From a virus (taxonomy: Duplodnaviria > Caudoviricetes), in IMG/VR virus record IMGVR_UViG_3300037991_005116, positions 1-39,222 of that record: a stretch of DNA of 39,222 nt. One strand, 5' to 3'. Below, one piece after another: positions 7,468 to 17,423 of this stretch. The position numbers and the translations under genes were made by a program. The notes beneath the pieces were generated by a model. It was not told the origin of the DNA. It worked only from the letters and a program-made list of their open reading frames with translations, and searched no databases. Within the stretch, counting starts at the first letter, position 1. Each line of letters opens with the position of its first letter.

Positions 7468-7496
7468 TTGATTTTGGGGATGCAGGGGATTATCTT
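7468..7496 (+). promoter_or_regulatory. sigma70 promoter of the antisense moron (probably leaderless mRNA)
   Basis: TTGATT-N17-TATCTT, ATG 6 nt downstream, no RBS. Confidence 0.55.
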
Positions 7497-7502
7497 GGGG
7501 CG

Positions 7503-7748
7503 ATGGATATAATCACGGTCGCCTCAGGCGCGCTCATCGCAAACGGGTTAACGTTTGGGCTGATATGGCAACTGCGAAAGCTCGATCAGCAAGAACCCAA
7601 CCACAAGGCCGGGGACTTGGTTATCCTGATCGCAATCGGCGGAATTATAGCCCTAATCGGGATCGTAGCTCAGCGGACATATACGGCGCAGAAGCAAAGC
7701 CAGACGCATTCAGCGCCTTTTGCAGACCCTGCCCCGCAACAGGGTTGA
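7503..7748 (+). CDS. small two-TM membrane protein (moron, possible superinfection exclusion)
   Basis: 81 aa, two hydrophobic segments, opposite orientation to late operon, own promoter. Confidence 0.65.
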   Translation: MDIITVASGALIANGLTFGLIWQLRKLDQQEPNHKAGDLVILIAIGGIIALIGIVAQRTYTAQKQSQTHSAPFADPAPQQG

Positions 7749-9663
7749 CCGGATTTCTCGCCAAAGCGTCGACCACAGAACCAAGCGCCTGCTGACCTCC
7801 ACCTTCGCGGCTGAGATATTCTGCTAGTTCGGCCTTCACGTTGTCCGACAGTCGACCAACTGATGCGGTGTCCGACCCGAGAATGCGCTGGCCAGCCTGA
7901 CGCACGGTATTGATCGGTTGCAGGCTTCTGACGGCCCCCGGCGTGATCTCTTCCGCGATAAGCGCATCAATCACCTGACGGGGCTGCGTTGCGCTATTCC
8001 CGGCAACCCGTGCGCGAAGCCCCAGCGCCGCGCCCGCCTGATCAACCTGCTCACTGATCGCGGGCCATTCATCACCGAAAAGCGCCTGCATTTTCTGCTG
8101 GGCGTTCGGGCTGGAAAGTTCTGAGTAAAGCCGCAGGGCCTGACGCGCGTCGATATTCTGATCAGACGCCACGGCCCGGACGTTTCCCATAATATGCTCT
8201 ACCTGGCCAAGGACACCCTCTCGCATGGACCGAAGTTCGGCGGGGGTGGCATCAGCGATGCTCTCGGCAACTTCCTCCACGGTCGTCTGCGGGCGCAGAA
8301 GCGCCTGCCCTGCCTGAACCGCTCCACGCTGGCGGATATCCGACGATGCCGCTGCCAGTGCCTCGCCATACTCCGGAACGGCGTCCTTTACCGCAGTGCG
8401 CAGGTCGCGCGCGATCCGGGAGGCAAAGGCTCCGTCGCTGGACATACGACCCGTCACGGCGTCCTTGCCGTCAGAAGCGATTTCATCAAAAGCGCGCTTG
8501 ATGTAGTCGATCTGCATCACGTTCGGCATTTCCTGAAAAACGACCGATCCGTCATCGCCAATCTGCGCCATGATCTGTGCATTTGGCAGCCCGTCATACT
8601 GCATCCGCTCGGATGCCTTGGCGATTGCCGCCTGTGCCTTTCCGCCGGGGATGCGCTGCAGGATAGCCTCGATCTCGCGGCCCTGATCTGACGCATAATC
8701 AATTGGCGTATCATAGGCGCGCTGATACAGAGGATTGATCTGGCCACGCGCGCTGTTACCCATGGCGCGCTGTGCCGCGACCGGGGGCATCCGTGGTCCC
8801 TGCCTGTTGCCGCTCAGGGCGTCGACAACGCCATTATATGCGGTCCCCGCCCTGTCATCTACCCGCTGGCGGGCGATAGCCGCACCGGGGGCCGGATTTC
8901 GCATTGTCGCGTCCAGGGCACCGCTCAGGTTGGGTGAAGCATCTGCCAGCATTGCGCCGGGGCCAGCGCGGGTCAGCGCATCCCGCATGGACGCGGTATC
9001 ACCGTCTCCGACCAGTCGGCTGATGACGCGGCCTGCATCCGCAGAGATACCGGCGTCCTGCCCGACCTGCTTTCCGAGATTTGTTGCGCGGCGCGCTCCC
9101 TGCAAGGCAGACACACCCTGCCTGCCCAAAGCGGCAACGCCCGGAACCGCAATTCCGATACCGCCACCGATCAGCGCCCCGGCCCCGGCCTGACGGGTTC
9201 GGTCTTCGAGGCCTTCGCCACTGCCGAATCCGTAACCAGCGCCCTCACCGGCACCGATTGCCATCCCGCGCCCGACATTGCCCAACAAATTTGGTCCGGC
9301 TCCCAGACCCATGGTTGCGACCCCGACGCCAAGACCGCCCGCAAGCTGCCCCGCACCAAACGGGACCGGCTCAGCTTCCCTGAGGTCAGAGACAGAACCC
9401 CGCAGGCGGTCGAGTTCTTCGTCGTAATCACGGCCCCTGAAAATGCTGTTGCCCCGCGCAACCAGTTCGTCGGCAAGGCCGAAGGTCGCCGTATCCATCG
9501 CGCCGATATATCCGGCCTTGAGCTTCTGGCCCAATTCTCCCGCCGCCTCCCGATTGACGCTAACGCCGCCCTGAGGCTCGGCTGGGAATCCCATGCTGTC
9601 AGTCCTCGCGCGCTGTTGCGCTTGGGCAATTCTGATCCGGCGGGCACGTTCTTCTGGTGTCAT
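7645..9663 (-). CDS. large internal virion / DNA ejection protein
   Basis: 672 aa, Gly/Ala-rich hydrophobic N-half (ATFGLADE motif), helical C-half; third of three ejection-type genes. Confidence 0.75.
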   Translation of the reverse strand: MTPEERARRIRIAQAQQRARTDSMGFPAEPQGGVSVNREAAGELGQKLKAGYIGAMDTATFGLADELVARGNSIFRGRDYDEELDRLRGSVSDLREAEPVPFGAGQLAGGLGVGVATMGLGAGPNLLGNVGRGMAIGAGEGAGYGFGSGEGLEDRTRQAGAGALIGGGIGIAVPGVAALGRQGVSALQGARRATNLGKQVGQDAGISADAGRVISRLVGDGDTASMRDALTRAGPGAMLADASPNLSGALDATMRNPAPGAAIARQRVDDRAGTAYNGVVDALSGNRQGPRMPPVAAQRAMGNSARGQINPLYQRAYDTPIDYASDQGREIEAILQRIPGGKAQAAIAKASERMQYDGLPNAQIMAQIGDDGSVVFQEMPNVMQIDYIKRAFDEIASDGKDAVTGRMSSDGAFASRIARDLRTAVKDAVPEYGEALAAASSDIRQRGAVQAGQALLRPQTTVEEVAESIADATPAELRSMREGVLGQVEHIMGNVRAVASDQNIDARQALRLYSELSSPNAQQKMQALFGDEWPAISEQVDQAGAALGLRARVAGNSATQPRQVIDALIAEEITPGAVRSLQPINTVRQAGQRILGSDTASVGRLSDNVKAELAEYLSREGGGQQALGSVVDALARNPVNPVAGQGLQKALNASGFASAPYMSAELRSRLGL

Positions 9664-11561
9664 TGGATAATTCCCAACGCTCTCTCAAGCGCGACCTTCT
9701 GCGCTTCGTTCAGGGTGCTAAAATCCACCATCGCAGCTTCGGCAGGACTCATCGCCGATATCTGGTCCGGCGTCATTTGGGTCGCGTCCGGCTGAGGTTG
9801 CCCGGCGGAGCCGGGTTGACCCGCGCCCGCCTCAGGCGCGCCAGGTGACTTGAAGCCTTCCAGCGGGTTAGATCGGCTTTGCAATTCCGCAAATGCTTGG
9901 GCACGATCAATCTCACCGGCGCGAAGGCGCTGAACAATCTCCGCGCCCTGTGCGTCGTATTGAGCGATAGCCCTCATGGTGCCGATAATTGCCTGGTTGC
10001 CGCCCGGCTGGTTGATGATCCGGGGAAGCGACTGTTTAAACAGTTCCAGATCGGCATCAGACATAGGACCGGAACCCGGCTGGCGCTGCTCAGGCACAAG
10101 AGAGTTGATGAGCGCCTGTGCGGCCTGAATTTCGCTGAGGCCTTCCGTGTTGATGCCCCATTCGCCCGCTGCTTGCCGCAACAGGCCACCTGCACCGCTG
10201 GGGCTATTGGCGAGAGAATTTTCGAGCTGGTCAATGCGCCCCAGATTGCGCTGCGCCGCGATGCCAGATTCCGAAATGGTCCCCAGCAGTGCAGCGTCAC
10301 CTTTCGCGAAGGCTTCGCCGAATTTATCGTCACCCATGTTGTTGTTGACGGTCACGCCGCCGCCGCCGACCTGGCTGACCTTCCCGTCCGGTCCTTTCTG
10401 ATAGGACCCCGATGGCAGGCCCATAGCCTCCGCCTCTTGCGGCGAAAGCGGCTGATAGCCGGGGTCCGCCGTGCGGAAGTCGCCAATGGACTGCGGCCCC
10501 TCCGGCGTCATCTGGACAAGCTGACCGTTGATTTCTTCGATGCCCGCCCACGGGTCAGCCACGGGATTCCGCATCGCATCCAGCTCAAGTTGCGATTTCT
10601 CCAAGCCCATCTGATAGGCCGGGTCAGACTGACGCAAATCCTGCTCATAGGCCGCGTTCTGGCGGGCCATCTGCTGGCCCATCAGCGCCTGAATCACCGG
10701 GCCGTATTTCTTCGCAACCCATGGGTCGGACATGCCCTGAGCTAAGGCCGCAATCACGCCGGGGTCTTGCCGGGGTTGTGGAGCATAGCCACCGGGCGTC
10801 GACCCACCGCCGCCGCCGCCAAGGTATCTGGCCTCACGGCTTGCGCGATAGGTTTCAGACGGACGCAGGAAGTCGTTCACGATAGCCGCAGCGGCTGTGC
10901 CGGTATCAGGTGCGGCAAATATCTTCTGCGCGGCTTCGGATTCCGGCCCCTGCAATTCATACATCAGGAAATCAAGCTGCGTGTCCATGTCGGACACCGG
11001 CTTATTGCGCTGCGAGGCAAATGTTTCCAGCGCACGACGCCGCGGGCCGGTCCACTGCGACAGGCCAAAGCCACCGCGCGACCCTTCTACAAGCGGGTTG
11101 ACCTCGTTGATACCGGGGTCAAGCCCGCTTTCGTCCTGAAAGTTGAGAACAAAGGCGTCCGCGATATGCTCGGGTAGCCCACGCTGCACCAACCCGGAGC
11201 GAATATCACCGCCGCCAACCGGAGAAGTCGGTTCGGTGGAATATGGGAGCGGAGCGGGACCGGCATCGTTCGCCACTCCACCGCCGCCAATCAGGCTGGC
11301 CAGAACAGGGTTGTTCTGAATATAGGCGTCCGCGCCCGCCATGCCCTCGGTTTCGGCCTTGTCGGTCCTGCGCTCACGCAATACGCCACCAAGAGCGTCG
11401 ACAACACGGGTCGCGCCCTGCATCCAGTTGCCAACGGGCGATGTGTCCCCCATGCGGCCCTGAGCGGCTGCCACAAGCTCGCGCTGGCGCTCCACTTGGT
11501 CAGGGGTCATCTTGCGGCCACCTTGGCCCCAGACGAACGGGCTGTGCTGTCCCTGCATCAC
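9660..11561 (-). CDS. internal virion protein with phage tail lysozyme (Phage_lysozyme2) domain
   Basis: NFQDESGLDPGINE...GGFGLSQWTGPRR..L...QLDFL..EL...F.RP. Confidence 0.85.
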   Translation of the reverse strand: MMQGQHSPFVWGQGGRKMTPDQVERQRELVAAAQGRMGDTSPVGNWMQGATRVVDALGGVLRERRTDKAETEGMAGADAYIQNNPVLASLIGGGGVANDAGPAPLPYSTEPTSPVGGGDIRSGLVQRGLPEHIADAFVLNFQDESGLDPGINEVNPLVEGSRGGFGLSQWTGPRRRALETFASQRNKPVSDMDTQLDFLMYELQGPESEAAQKIFAAPDTGTAAAAIVNDFLRPSETYRASREARYLGGGGGGSTPGGYAPQPRQDPGVIAALAQGMSDPWVAKKYGPVIQALMGQQMARQNAAYEQDLRQSDPAYQMGLEKSQLELDAMRNPVADPWAGIEEINGQLVQMTPEGPQSIGDFRTADPGYQPLSPQEAEAMGLPSGSYQKGPDGKVSQVGGGGVTVNNNMGDDKFGEAFAKGDAALLGTISESGIAAQRNLGRIDQLENSLANSPSGAGGLLRQAAGEWGINTEGLSEIQAAQALINSLVPEQRQPGSGPMSDADLELFKQSLPRIINQPGGNQAIIGTMRAIAQYDAQGAEIVQRLRAGEIDRAQAFAELQSRSNPLEGFKSPGAPEAGAGQPGSAGQPQPDATQMTPDQISAMSPAEAAMVDFSTLNEAQKVALERALGIIQ

Positions 11562-12520
11562 GCCACCTTCTCATAATCCACGGCCATGTAGCCGTTGGGC
11601 ATCGTTACCGCTGCTTCCGGCACATCCTGCGCCATCACGCCCATCTGCACCGGCCCGCCCCAGACATAGCGGTAGGTATAGACGGGAACGCCATCATCCG
11701 TGGAACCCACGCGCCTGATGTCAGTTTTCAGCCTGCGGTCAGACCACGGGATTGCGCCGACACCGGCTGACGCCAGACCAAAAAGCCCGCCCATCATGTT
11801 CTGCTTGTTGGATACGTCAGCGCGGTATTTGTCCTGAACCAAGCCCGTGTAATCAACACCGGCAACACCCGTTTGCGGAGTCGCCCCGCTCATCTGTGCC
11901 GGGTTGCTGACCTGCGACCCCGACAACAGGGCCGTGATCTCGTTGATCGGCTGGTTTCGTTCCGCCATCGCTTCGCTGAACGCCTGACTGCGGCCCGTAA
12001 GCGCAAGCTGGTTCATCTGATCCGTGTTGGCATCTGTCAGACGGGACATTTCAGCGTTCCACGCCGCCGACCCTTCGCGGATGCCCTTGTTTGCCAGTAT
12101 CGACCGCAGGGAATCCTCATTCTGTCCCTGCTGTTGCAGGATGCGAGGTGATGCCAGATCATAGGCCCACTGCTCAGCATCGCCGTTTTCGAAGCTGAAC
12201 GGTTCGTTCAGATAGTCCTTGAGGAACGACGATTGTTCGTTCGCGATCCCGGCAATGTTGCCCTCAGCGGCCTGCGTCTGGTCGAAGATGGCCTGCTGTT
12301 CGGGCGAAAGTGTCGTCGTCTGCGTATATTGCGGCGTCGAAACAAGATTGCCCTGACTGTCGGTAAAACTGTTTGTCCCGGTTTCCTCGTAACCAATTGA
12401 CCCCCAAGGGTTATTTTGGTTAACCATGTTGAGTTGTTGCTCAGTGATGGCGGTATCGCGATTCATCCCGGACTGCGCACGTGCCGTCTCATACGGCGAC
12501 GGGGGGCTTGGTGTTTTCAT
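11558..12520 (-). CDS. DNA ejection/pilot protein with C-terminal peptidase S74-like domain
   Basis: Q/N-rich helical body; SDRRLK.DI...YRY...GVMAQDV...VDY. Confidence 0.8.
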   Translation of the reverse strand: MKTPSPPSPYETARAQSGMNRDTAITEQQLNMVNQNNPWGSIGYEETGTNSFTDSQGNLVSTPQYTQTTTLSPEQQAIFDQTQAAEGNIAGIANEQSSFLKDYLNEPFSFENGDAEQWAYDLASPRILQQQGQNEDSLRSILANKGIREGSAAWNAEMSRLTDANTDQMNQLALTGRSQAFSEAMAERNQPINEITALLSGSQVSNPAQMSGATPQTGVAGVDYTGLVQDKYRADVSNKQNMMGGLFGLASAGVGAIPWSDRRLKTDIRRVGSTDDGVPVYTYRYVWGGPVQMGVMAQDVPEAAVTMPNGYMAVDYEKVA

Positions 12521-12897
12521 CTGAAACGATACTCCTGTTGCAGAACGCCGATCACGATGCCGTCCCGACCTTTGCCAAACTTATTTCGCAGCAGGCCTTC
12601 GCGCTGCCCGCCAAGCCGCTCCGCCAGTCTTGCGACCGCCTCTTGCTCTGTCGTGAATTCAACTCGTTCGCAGCCAAGCTGGTCGAAAGCGTATTCCCCA
12701 GCCGCCCTGAAAAACGCCCGCGTCCAGCCTTTTCCGGCTACCGTTGCCTCGATGCTGGACCCGATAAAGCAGTTGAACACCGCTCCGGCGGCAATCTCCC
12801 CGTCGCGCTCGATCCCCAGGCACGTGAACGGGGGGATAATCTCCCTGCCCATCCGCGCTTCCACAAATTGGGCAACGCGGATGTCCGTGACAATCAC
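12517..12897 (-). CDS. GNAT-fold protein of the virion module
   Basis: YAFDQLGCERV...RLGGQREGLLR..FG; RimJ/RimL-like pattern. Confidence 0.75.
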   Translation of the reverse strand: MIVTDIRVAQFVEARMGREIIPPFTCLGIERDGEIAAGAVFNCFIGSSIEATVAGKGWTRAFFRAAGEYAFDQLGCERVEFTTEQEAVARLAERLGGQREGLLRNKFGKGRDGIVIGVLQQEYRFR

Positions 12898-14495
12898 GTC
12901 ACGACTTCCGCAACCGAATAGGTCAGGTCAATGCGGATAATCTCAGCATCAAGCGGAACGACGTTACCGCTTGTTATCTGGACGCCGACCGCCACGTCAT
13001 GGCCGGAACCACCGATTGAAAACCAATCGCCGGAAACAACGGTTCCGGGAACGGCATCCCATATGTCAGTGCCCCATATCCCCGCATCCCACACGCTTCC
13101 AGAAGGTGTGACCGAGACGGCGGGCGCGCTCGGGAAGTTTACCCTGTAGTTGACCTGACCTGAAAGACGCTCAGTAACCGGAACGGCTGAGCGAATGATT
13201 GCCCTCGCCACTTTCATCACCTTAAGGCTTGCGGGCGCGCCAAGATCATCAAACAGCGGCAGAACCTTGCCGACATACTGGATGCCCTCATCTGCACCCG
13301 TGACCCAACCCTGACGCACCGCCCCGTCGCGCGATCCGAAGATCAGGCGACCCTGAAAGGACTCAAAGGCTGTCACATCCCAATTCGTAAACGTTGCCCA
13401 TTTTCCCGTGTTGGAATTGGCAACGAACAAGACCGGGGAGGCCCCAGCGGGGGTCGGGGGTGCAACAAGAACCATCTGCCCTTCCGCCCAGACCTGACAC
13501 CGCCAGTCGTCCTGCCCGCGCTCCTGCACGGCCTGCGCCCAGTCATCCTCTATGGGATAGCTGACGGCCCCCTGGCCAAGTGCCGCATAATCAAGACGGG
13601 ATGCCGTGGCCAGACTGATGAACCCAACCGTGGTTGCAATGACGATATCACCGCCCGCGCGGATGAACGCCTTTTTCCCCATCGGAATGCCGATCCGGTA
13701 TTCGCTAACCTTCGTCCACCCCTGGTCCGGGTCCGGGGAAAGCCCCTGATAGGCCGCAACCTCGCCTTCTGTGGTGGTGAACACGCACTGCTCTGACAGA
13801 CCACCGGAGCCGCCGCTGGCAAGGCTCCACGCCTGCCCCCAGAGCAAAGACCCGCCCCGCGTGAATATCCCGCCCATCGGGAAAAGCGTCAGTTCGCCCC
13901 CGATCTGATCGACCGGCAGATACCAGGCGTTCAGGCTGTCCCGCTCGATGAACCATATCCGCTGCTTGTATACCCACACGAACGACAGGTCAGCGGTCGT
14001 TTGGGTGTATCCGGCGGGGAATGTGATCGTCGTCGCCCCGAAGGTGGACCCGTCATAGACGAATGCGGGGTCCTCACCATTCACCCCAACAAGGAAGTTG
14101 CCGCCCGCCGTGGAGAACTGGACCGTGACCCAATCCCCCGAGGTCTGACCCGTGAGCACGTCCGGCCCCGAAAATGTGTTGGGATCGGAAACGGTCGTAA
14201 TGTCGCGAATGCCATTGGCATTGCCCGCGAAAATCTGCTTGGTCAGGCCGGAAATATAGCTGAAGACCGATTTGACCGGCACATCCACTTGTATGGATGC
14301 CCAGCGTTGCATCCCGCGCCGCAACACCACACCCGTTGCCGTGGGAAACATATCCTCCAGAACAGCCGCGCCCGGAGGGGCATCCGGCGTTCGGGCGATA
14401 GCAAGGTTTCGGTTGCTGACCAGACCACCTGTGGGGGCAGGAAAGCTGGCTACAATCGCGCGGCGCGGCTTCTGCTTGCGGGTCGGCATTCTCAC
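12894..14495 (-). CDS. tail tubular/nozzle protein (P22 gp10-like DNA stabilisation protein)
   Basis: 533 aa, PAPTGGL N-terminus, beta-propeller-like composition, WD...W..D.W C-terminal motif. Confidence 0.75.
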   Translation of the reverse strand: MRMPTRKQKPRRAIVASFPAPTGGLVSNRNLAIARTPDAPPGAAVLEDMFPTATGVVLRRGMQRWASIQVDVPVKSVFSYISGLTKQIFAGNANGIRDITTVSDPNTFSGPDVLTGQTSGDWVTVQFSTAGGNFLVGVNGEDPAFVYDGSTFGATTITFPAGYTQTTADLSFVWVYKQRIWFIERDSLNAWYLPVDQIGGELTLFPMGGIFTRGGSLLWGQAWSLASGGSGGLSEQCVFTTTEGEVAAYQGLSPDPDQGWTKVSEYRIGIPMGKKAFIRAGGDIVIATTVGFISLATASRLDYAALGQGAVSYPIEDDWAQAVQERGQDDWRCQVWAEGQMVLVAPPTPAGASPVLFVANSNTGKWATFTNWDVTAFESFQGRLIFGSRDGAVRQGWVTGADEGIQYVGKVLPLFDDLGAPASLKVMKVARAIIRSAVPVTERLSGQVNYRVNFPSAPAVSVTPSGSVWDAGIWGTDIWDAVPGTVVSGDWFSIGGSGHDVAVGVQITSGNVVPLDAEIIRIDLTYSVAEVVT

Positions 14496-15181
14496 CTGAT
14501 CGCCCTGCCATTATAAGCGTGTCGCCCATTGGAAAGGCGATGGCGTGACGCCGTTCCGATCACCCGCGCGCCCCTGTCCCGCGTCTGCGCCTGTGACAGT
14601 GCTGTTTCATAGGTCTGCATTGCCTCGGCGTAGGGCATGTCCTTCTGGTCAAGCCAGCGCCAGATCAGGCCAAGCGTCAGAAGCCTGTCGTCCAGAACGA
14701 ACGTATCGTCGTCGGCTGTGAACGTGCTTTTCGGGACGCCATTCACATCGCGCGCCCACGCATTGCTGATATAGGGATATTGCGCAGTGCCATTGGGGGC
14801 CGGGTAGAACTGAAACTCATCGCCGATGATGATCCATCCGCCGGGGGAGACGATGCTATATGCGCCCGCCTTGAACCGCATCCACTCGTTTACAGTGTCG
14901 AAGGGATGATATCCCCAGAACCACGATGCCGCGTCATCAACATCAGATGCCAGGACCATGCGGTCATAATCAGACGGCAGGGGATAGGCAAAAGACCCGT
15001 CCCCCACCACCTGATGCACCTTCGTCAGCGCGCGCCAGTCGTGGCTCAGGGCAATATCTGCCGCAACATCGTTCACAAGATCAGCCATTTCCACGGCAAT
15101 CATATCGGTAGAGGTGAAGACCTCCTGAACCACGACGCCGGTGACGCGAAGAATGGCCGATTTGATTGCCGGAAGGATCAT
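14492..15181 (-). CDS. head-tail adaptor / tail tubular protein
   Basis: DW.AL...YPLPSDYDRM...YPAP...FTADDDT..LD..LL.LG..WRW. Confidence 0.75.
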   Translation of the reverse strand: MILPAIKSAILRVTGVVVQEVFTSTDMIAVEMADLVNDVAADIALSHDWRALTKVHQVVGDGSFAYPLPSDYDRMVLASDVDDAASWFWGYHPFDTVNEWMRFKAGAYSIVSPGGWIIIGDEFQFYPAPNGTAQYPYISNAWARDVNGVPKSTFTADDDTFVLDDRLLTLGLIWRWLDQKDMPYAEAMQTYETALSQAQTRDRGARVIGTASRHRLSNGRHAYNGRAIR

Positions 15182-15184
15182 GGC

Positions 15185-15961
15185 CTAGCCCTCCAATTCG
15201 GACAGCATATCGCGCAATGTCGATATCGACGGATTGCCGCGCGGACGCGACCCACTGACCTTCTCGATCCGGTCCTTCAGGTCGATCTTTTCGCTATCGG
15301 ACGCCGGTTCTGCATCAGCATATTCCGGCTGGTCGGCATCGGCGGCGGCGACAATCGCATCAACCTCTTCGGGTGCCGGGGTGGTGTCGGGAATGAGCGC
15401 CTTGAGACGGTTGATTTCGGCCTGCATGGCTTCGATGCTGGTTGCGTTCTTGTCCGTGTCCCGGCGCGTCTGGTCTTCCATATAACGCGCGGCCATGGCC
15501 TTGAGCGAGTTGGCGTTCATGCCGAGAGACTTGACGTTCGGGCCATCCAGTGTGTGCAGGGCTTCGACGGAATAGATCTTGAGCGCCCGGCAGACGGATA
15601 GCTGCGACGGCGTGATGCCGTAGTCCGAAAGAGCCTCAAGGGCGGTGCCGCCTGCAACCTGATCGCCGCCGGTCATAAAGGCGCGATACTGGTCAGAGAA
15701 TTGCTCAGCATAGGTGATCGTGCGCGTTCCAACCTTGCGATACATGGAATCGACCGGGACAACCGGCGCGTAATTCCGGTCACCCGCGAACCGGAGGTCG
15801 ACAACCTCCATGGGCGACCCATAGATGGGCTTTCCGGCCTCTTCGGACTGAGCGACGTTCAACGGCGTGATGACCTTGAAGTAAGGGGTCACGCCGTGGT
15901 TCTGGGCCTCGAAGGGCAGGCGCACACTGTCCGGCAGGCTGGGGGAATGAATTTCTGTCAT
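15185..15961 (-). CDS. conserved virion-module protein
   Basis: 258 aa, SEEAGKPIY...LKIYSVEALH motif typical downstream of capsid in such podoviruses. Confidence 0.8.
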   Translation of the reverse strand: MTEIHSPSLPDSVRLPFEAQNHGVTPYFKVITPLNVAQSEEAGKPIYGSPMEVVDLRFAGDRNYAPVVPVDSMYRKVGTRTITYAEQFSDQYRAFMTGGDQVAGGTALEALSDYGITPSQLSVCRALKIYSVEALHTLDGPNVKSLGMNANSLKAMAARYMEDQTRRDTDKNATSIEAMQAEINRLKALIPDTTPAPEEVDAIVAAADADQPEYADAEPASDSEKIDLKDRIEKVSGSRPRGNPSISTLRDMLSELEG

Positions 15962-15987
15962 GGTGTTTTATCCTTGTCTGAGAAGGG

Positions 15988-16013
15988 GATGAGGCGACCG
16001 AAGCCGCCCCATC
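15988..16013 (-). terminator. stable hairpin after the capsid genes (terminator or stabiliser)
   Basis: Minus strand GATGGGGCGGC-TTCG-GTCGCCTCATC; no strong U tract. Confidence 0.5.
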
Positions 16014-16019
16014 AATTGC

Positions 16020-16358
16020 TTAGGTCGGGACGGCGTTGAACGCGCCCTGACGGACGTGGATGTATTCGCCGGAGGTGACGGCAACCCCCGGTTGGGTGTA
16101 GTAACCGCCAGCCCCGGTCGCGACGGTGTTCGCCGGATAGGTCAAGGTGACCTGCGTTCCCGTGGTCGACGTTGCCGCGATATTTGCGGAGGCCTGGACG
16201 AAAACGTAGGTGCCGCCGTCTGACCCGGTAACGCGGGTGCCCAGAGGATAGGACGGCGACGTTGCGGAAAAGCCATCGTAAAAGGCAGTGCCGCTATAGG
16301 CGTCGGTCAGGCCCGGCCCGAGAATGGGCGTGACCCGGATGGGAAGAGTAACAGGCAT
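16020..16358 (-). CDS. putative capsid decoration/cement protein
   Basis: 112 aa, LGTRV.GSDG..YVFVQA; directly after capsid. Confidence 0.7.
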   Translation of the reverse strand: MPVTLPIRVTPILGPGLTDAYSGTAFYDGFSATSPSYPLGTRVTGSDGGTYVFVQASANIAATSTTGTQVTLTYPANTVATGAGGYYTQPGVAVTSGEYIHVRQGAFNAVPT

Positions 16359-16373
16359 ATCAAGGTTCCTTTC

Positions 16374-17405
16374 TTATACTGTCGGCGTGGCGACGAGACG
16401 ACCGCTGTAGCGCGGGTTGCGCAAAACAAGTTCGCCGACCCACAGAAGATACTGTGCGTATGCGTCCTGGTTGACGGGCATCGCGCCGTCGCCGGGGAAC
16501 AGGGGGACCATGTTGTAGTCGGCCATGTAGCGAACTTCCAAACCCTTCGGGTCGATGAAGTAAGCCGTGTTCGCGGGCATCACGTTGTCAACGCCGGTGG
16601 CGCAATAGACGGTGACATTGCCAACGGGGGTTGCGACCTCAAGGCCGTTGAAGCCAAGTGTCGGTTTGCCGGAGCCGCCGTTCTCGCGCTGGATACGCTG
16701 AATCGCCGTCAGGGATGCAGAAAGCGGCTGATAGGTAGCCAAGTCCATGATCCAGATCGACGGGTAGCGATTACCCTTGGAGCGACGTGCGGTGACGTTC
16801 TCGATGATGCCGCGCGCCGTGGTGCTGTCCCAGCCGGTTGCACCAATACTGGCGAAGTCGGTTGCGGCGTCGAACACGCTGGGCTGCCAGATCGGGTTAA
16901 GCGCCCGGTCAATGCCGCCGTAGGTGCCCGAAGTCGGAACGATGGGCAGCGCGCCGCCCATGCCGATCATCTCACGGCCATTGCTTCCGGTGCCCGCGCC
17001 GTGAAGGGAAACTTCCCACTCGTCGCGCATGGATTCCGTGGCGTTGTCCATGTAGGCTTCATACAGGTCGATGACCTGCGTAGCGCCTTCATTGCCGCGA
17101 AGCTGGGTGCCCGAAAGCGAGAATCCGACGGCAAGGTTCTTCGGTGTGAAGACCGCAGAGTTCAGGATTTCCTTCGGCGCGTTGTTCAGCGGGTCAAACC
17201 CGGTAAACCACTGCCCATCCAGCTTGTCGACGGTCAGGGGAACGCGGATTTCCGGGCCGGTAAAGGACTTATACATGCCCCTTTCCTTGAGGATTGCCGA
17301 CACGGGGTTCGAGTTGAACACCAGATCCTGAATCTCAGTCTGCCGATACGCCATCGCGGCGGTCAGGGCTTGTTGGTAATTTCGGTCACTTGTGACACGA
17401 GCCAT
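16374..17405 (-). CDS. major capsid protein
   Basis: 343 aa after scaffold; GTYGGIDR....WQ and P.NQDA motifs; strong RBS and codon bias. Confidence 0.88.
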   Translation of the reverse strand: MARVTSDRNYQQALTAAMAYRQTEIQDLVFNSNPVSAILKERGMYKSFTGPEIRVPLTVDKLDGQWFTGFDPLNNAPKEILNSAVFTPKNLAVGFSLSGTQLRGNEGATQVIDLYEAYMDNATESMRDEWEVSLHGAGTGSNGREMIGMGGALPIVPTSGTYGGIDRALNPIWQPSVFDAATDFASIGATGWDSTTARGIIENVTARRSKGNRYPSIWIMDLATYQPLSASLTAIQRIQRENGGSGKPTLGFNGLEVATPVGNVTVYCATGVDNVMPANTAYFIDPKGLEVRYMADYNMVPLFPGDGAMPVNQDAYAQYLLWVGELVLRNPRYSGRLVATPTV

Positions 17406-17423
17406 AGCCTTTCCTTTCTTCTA

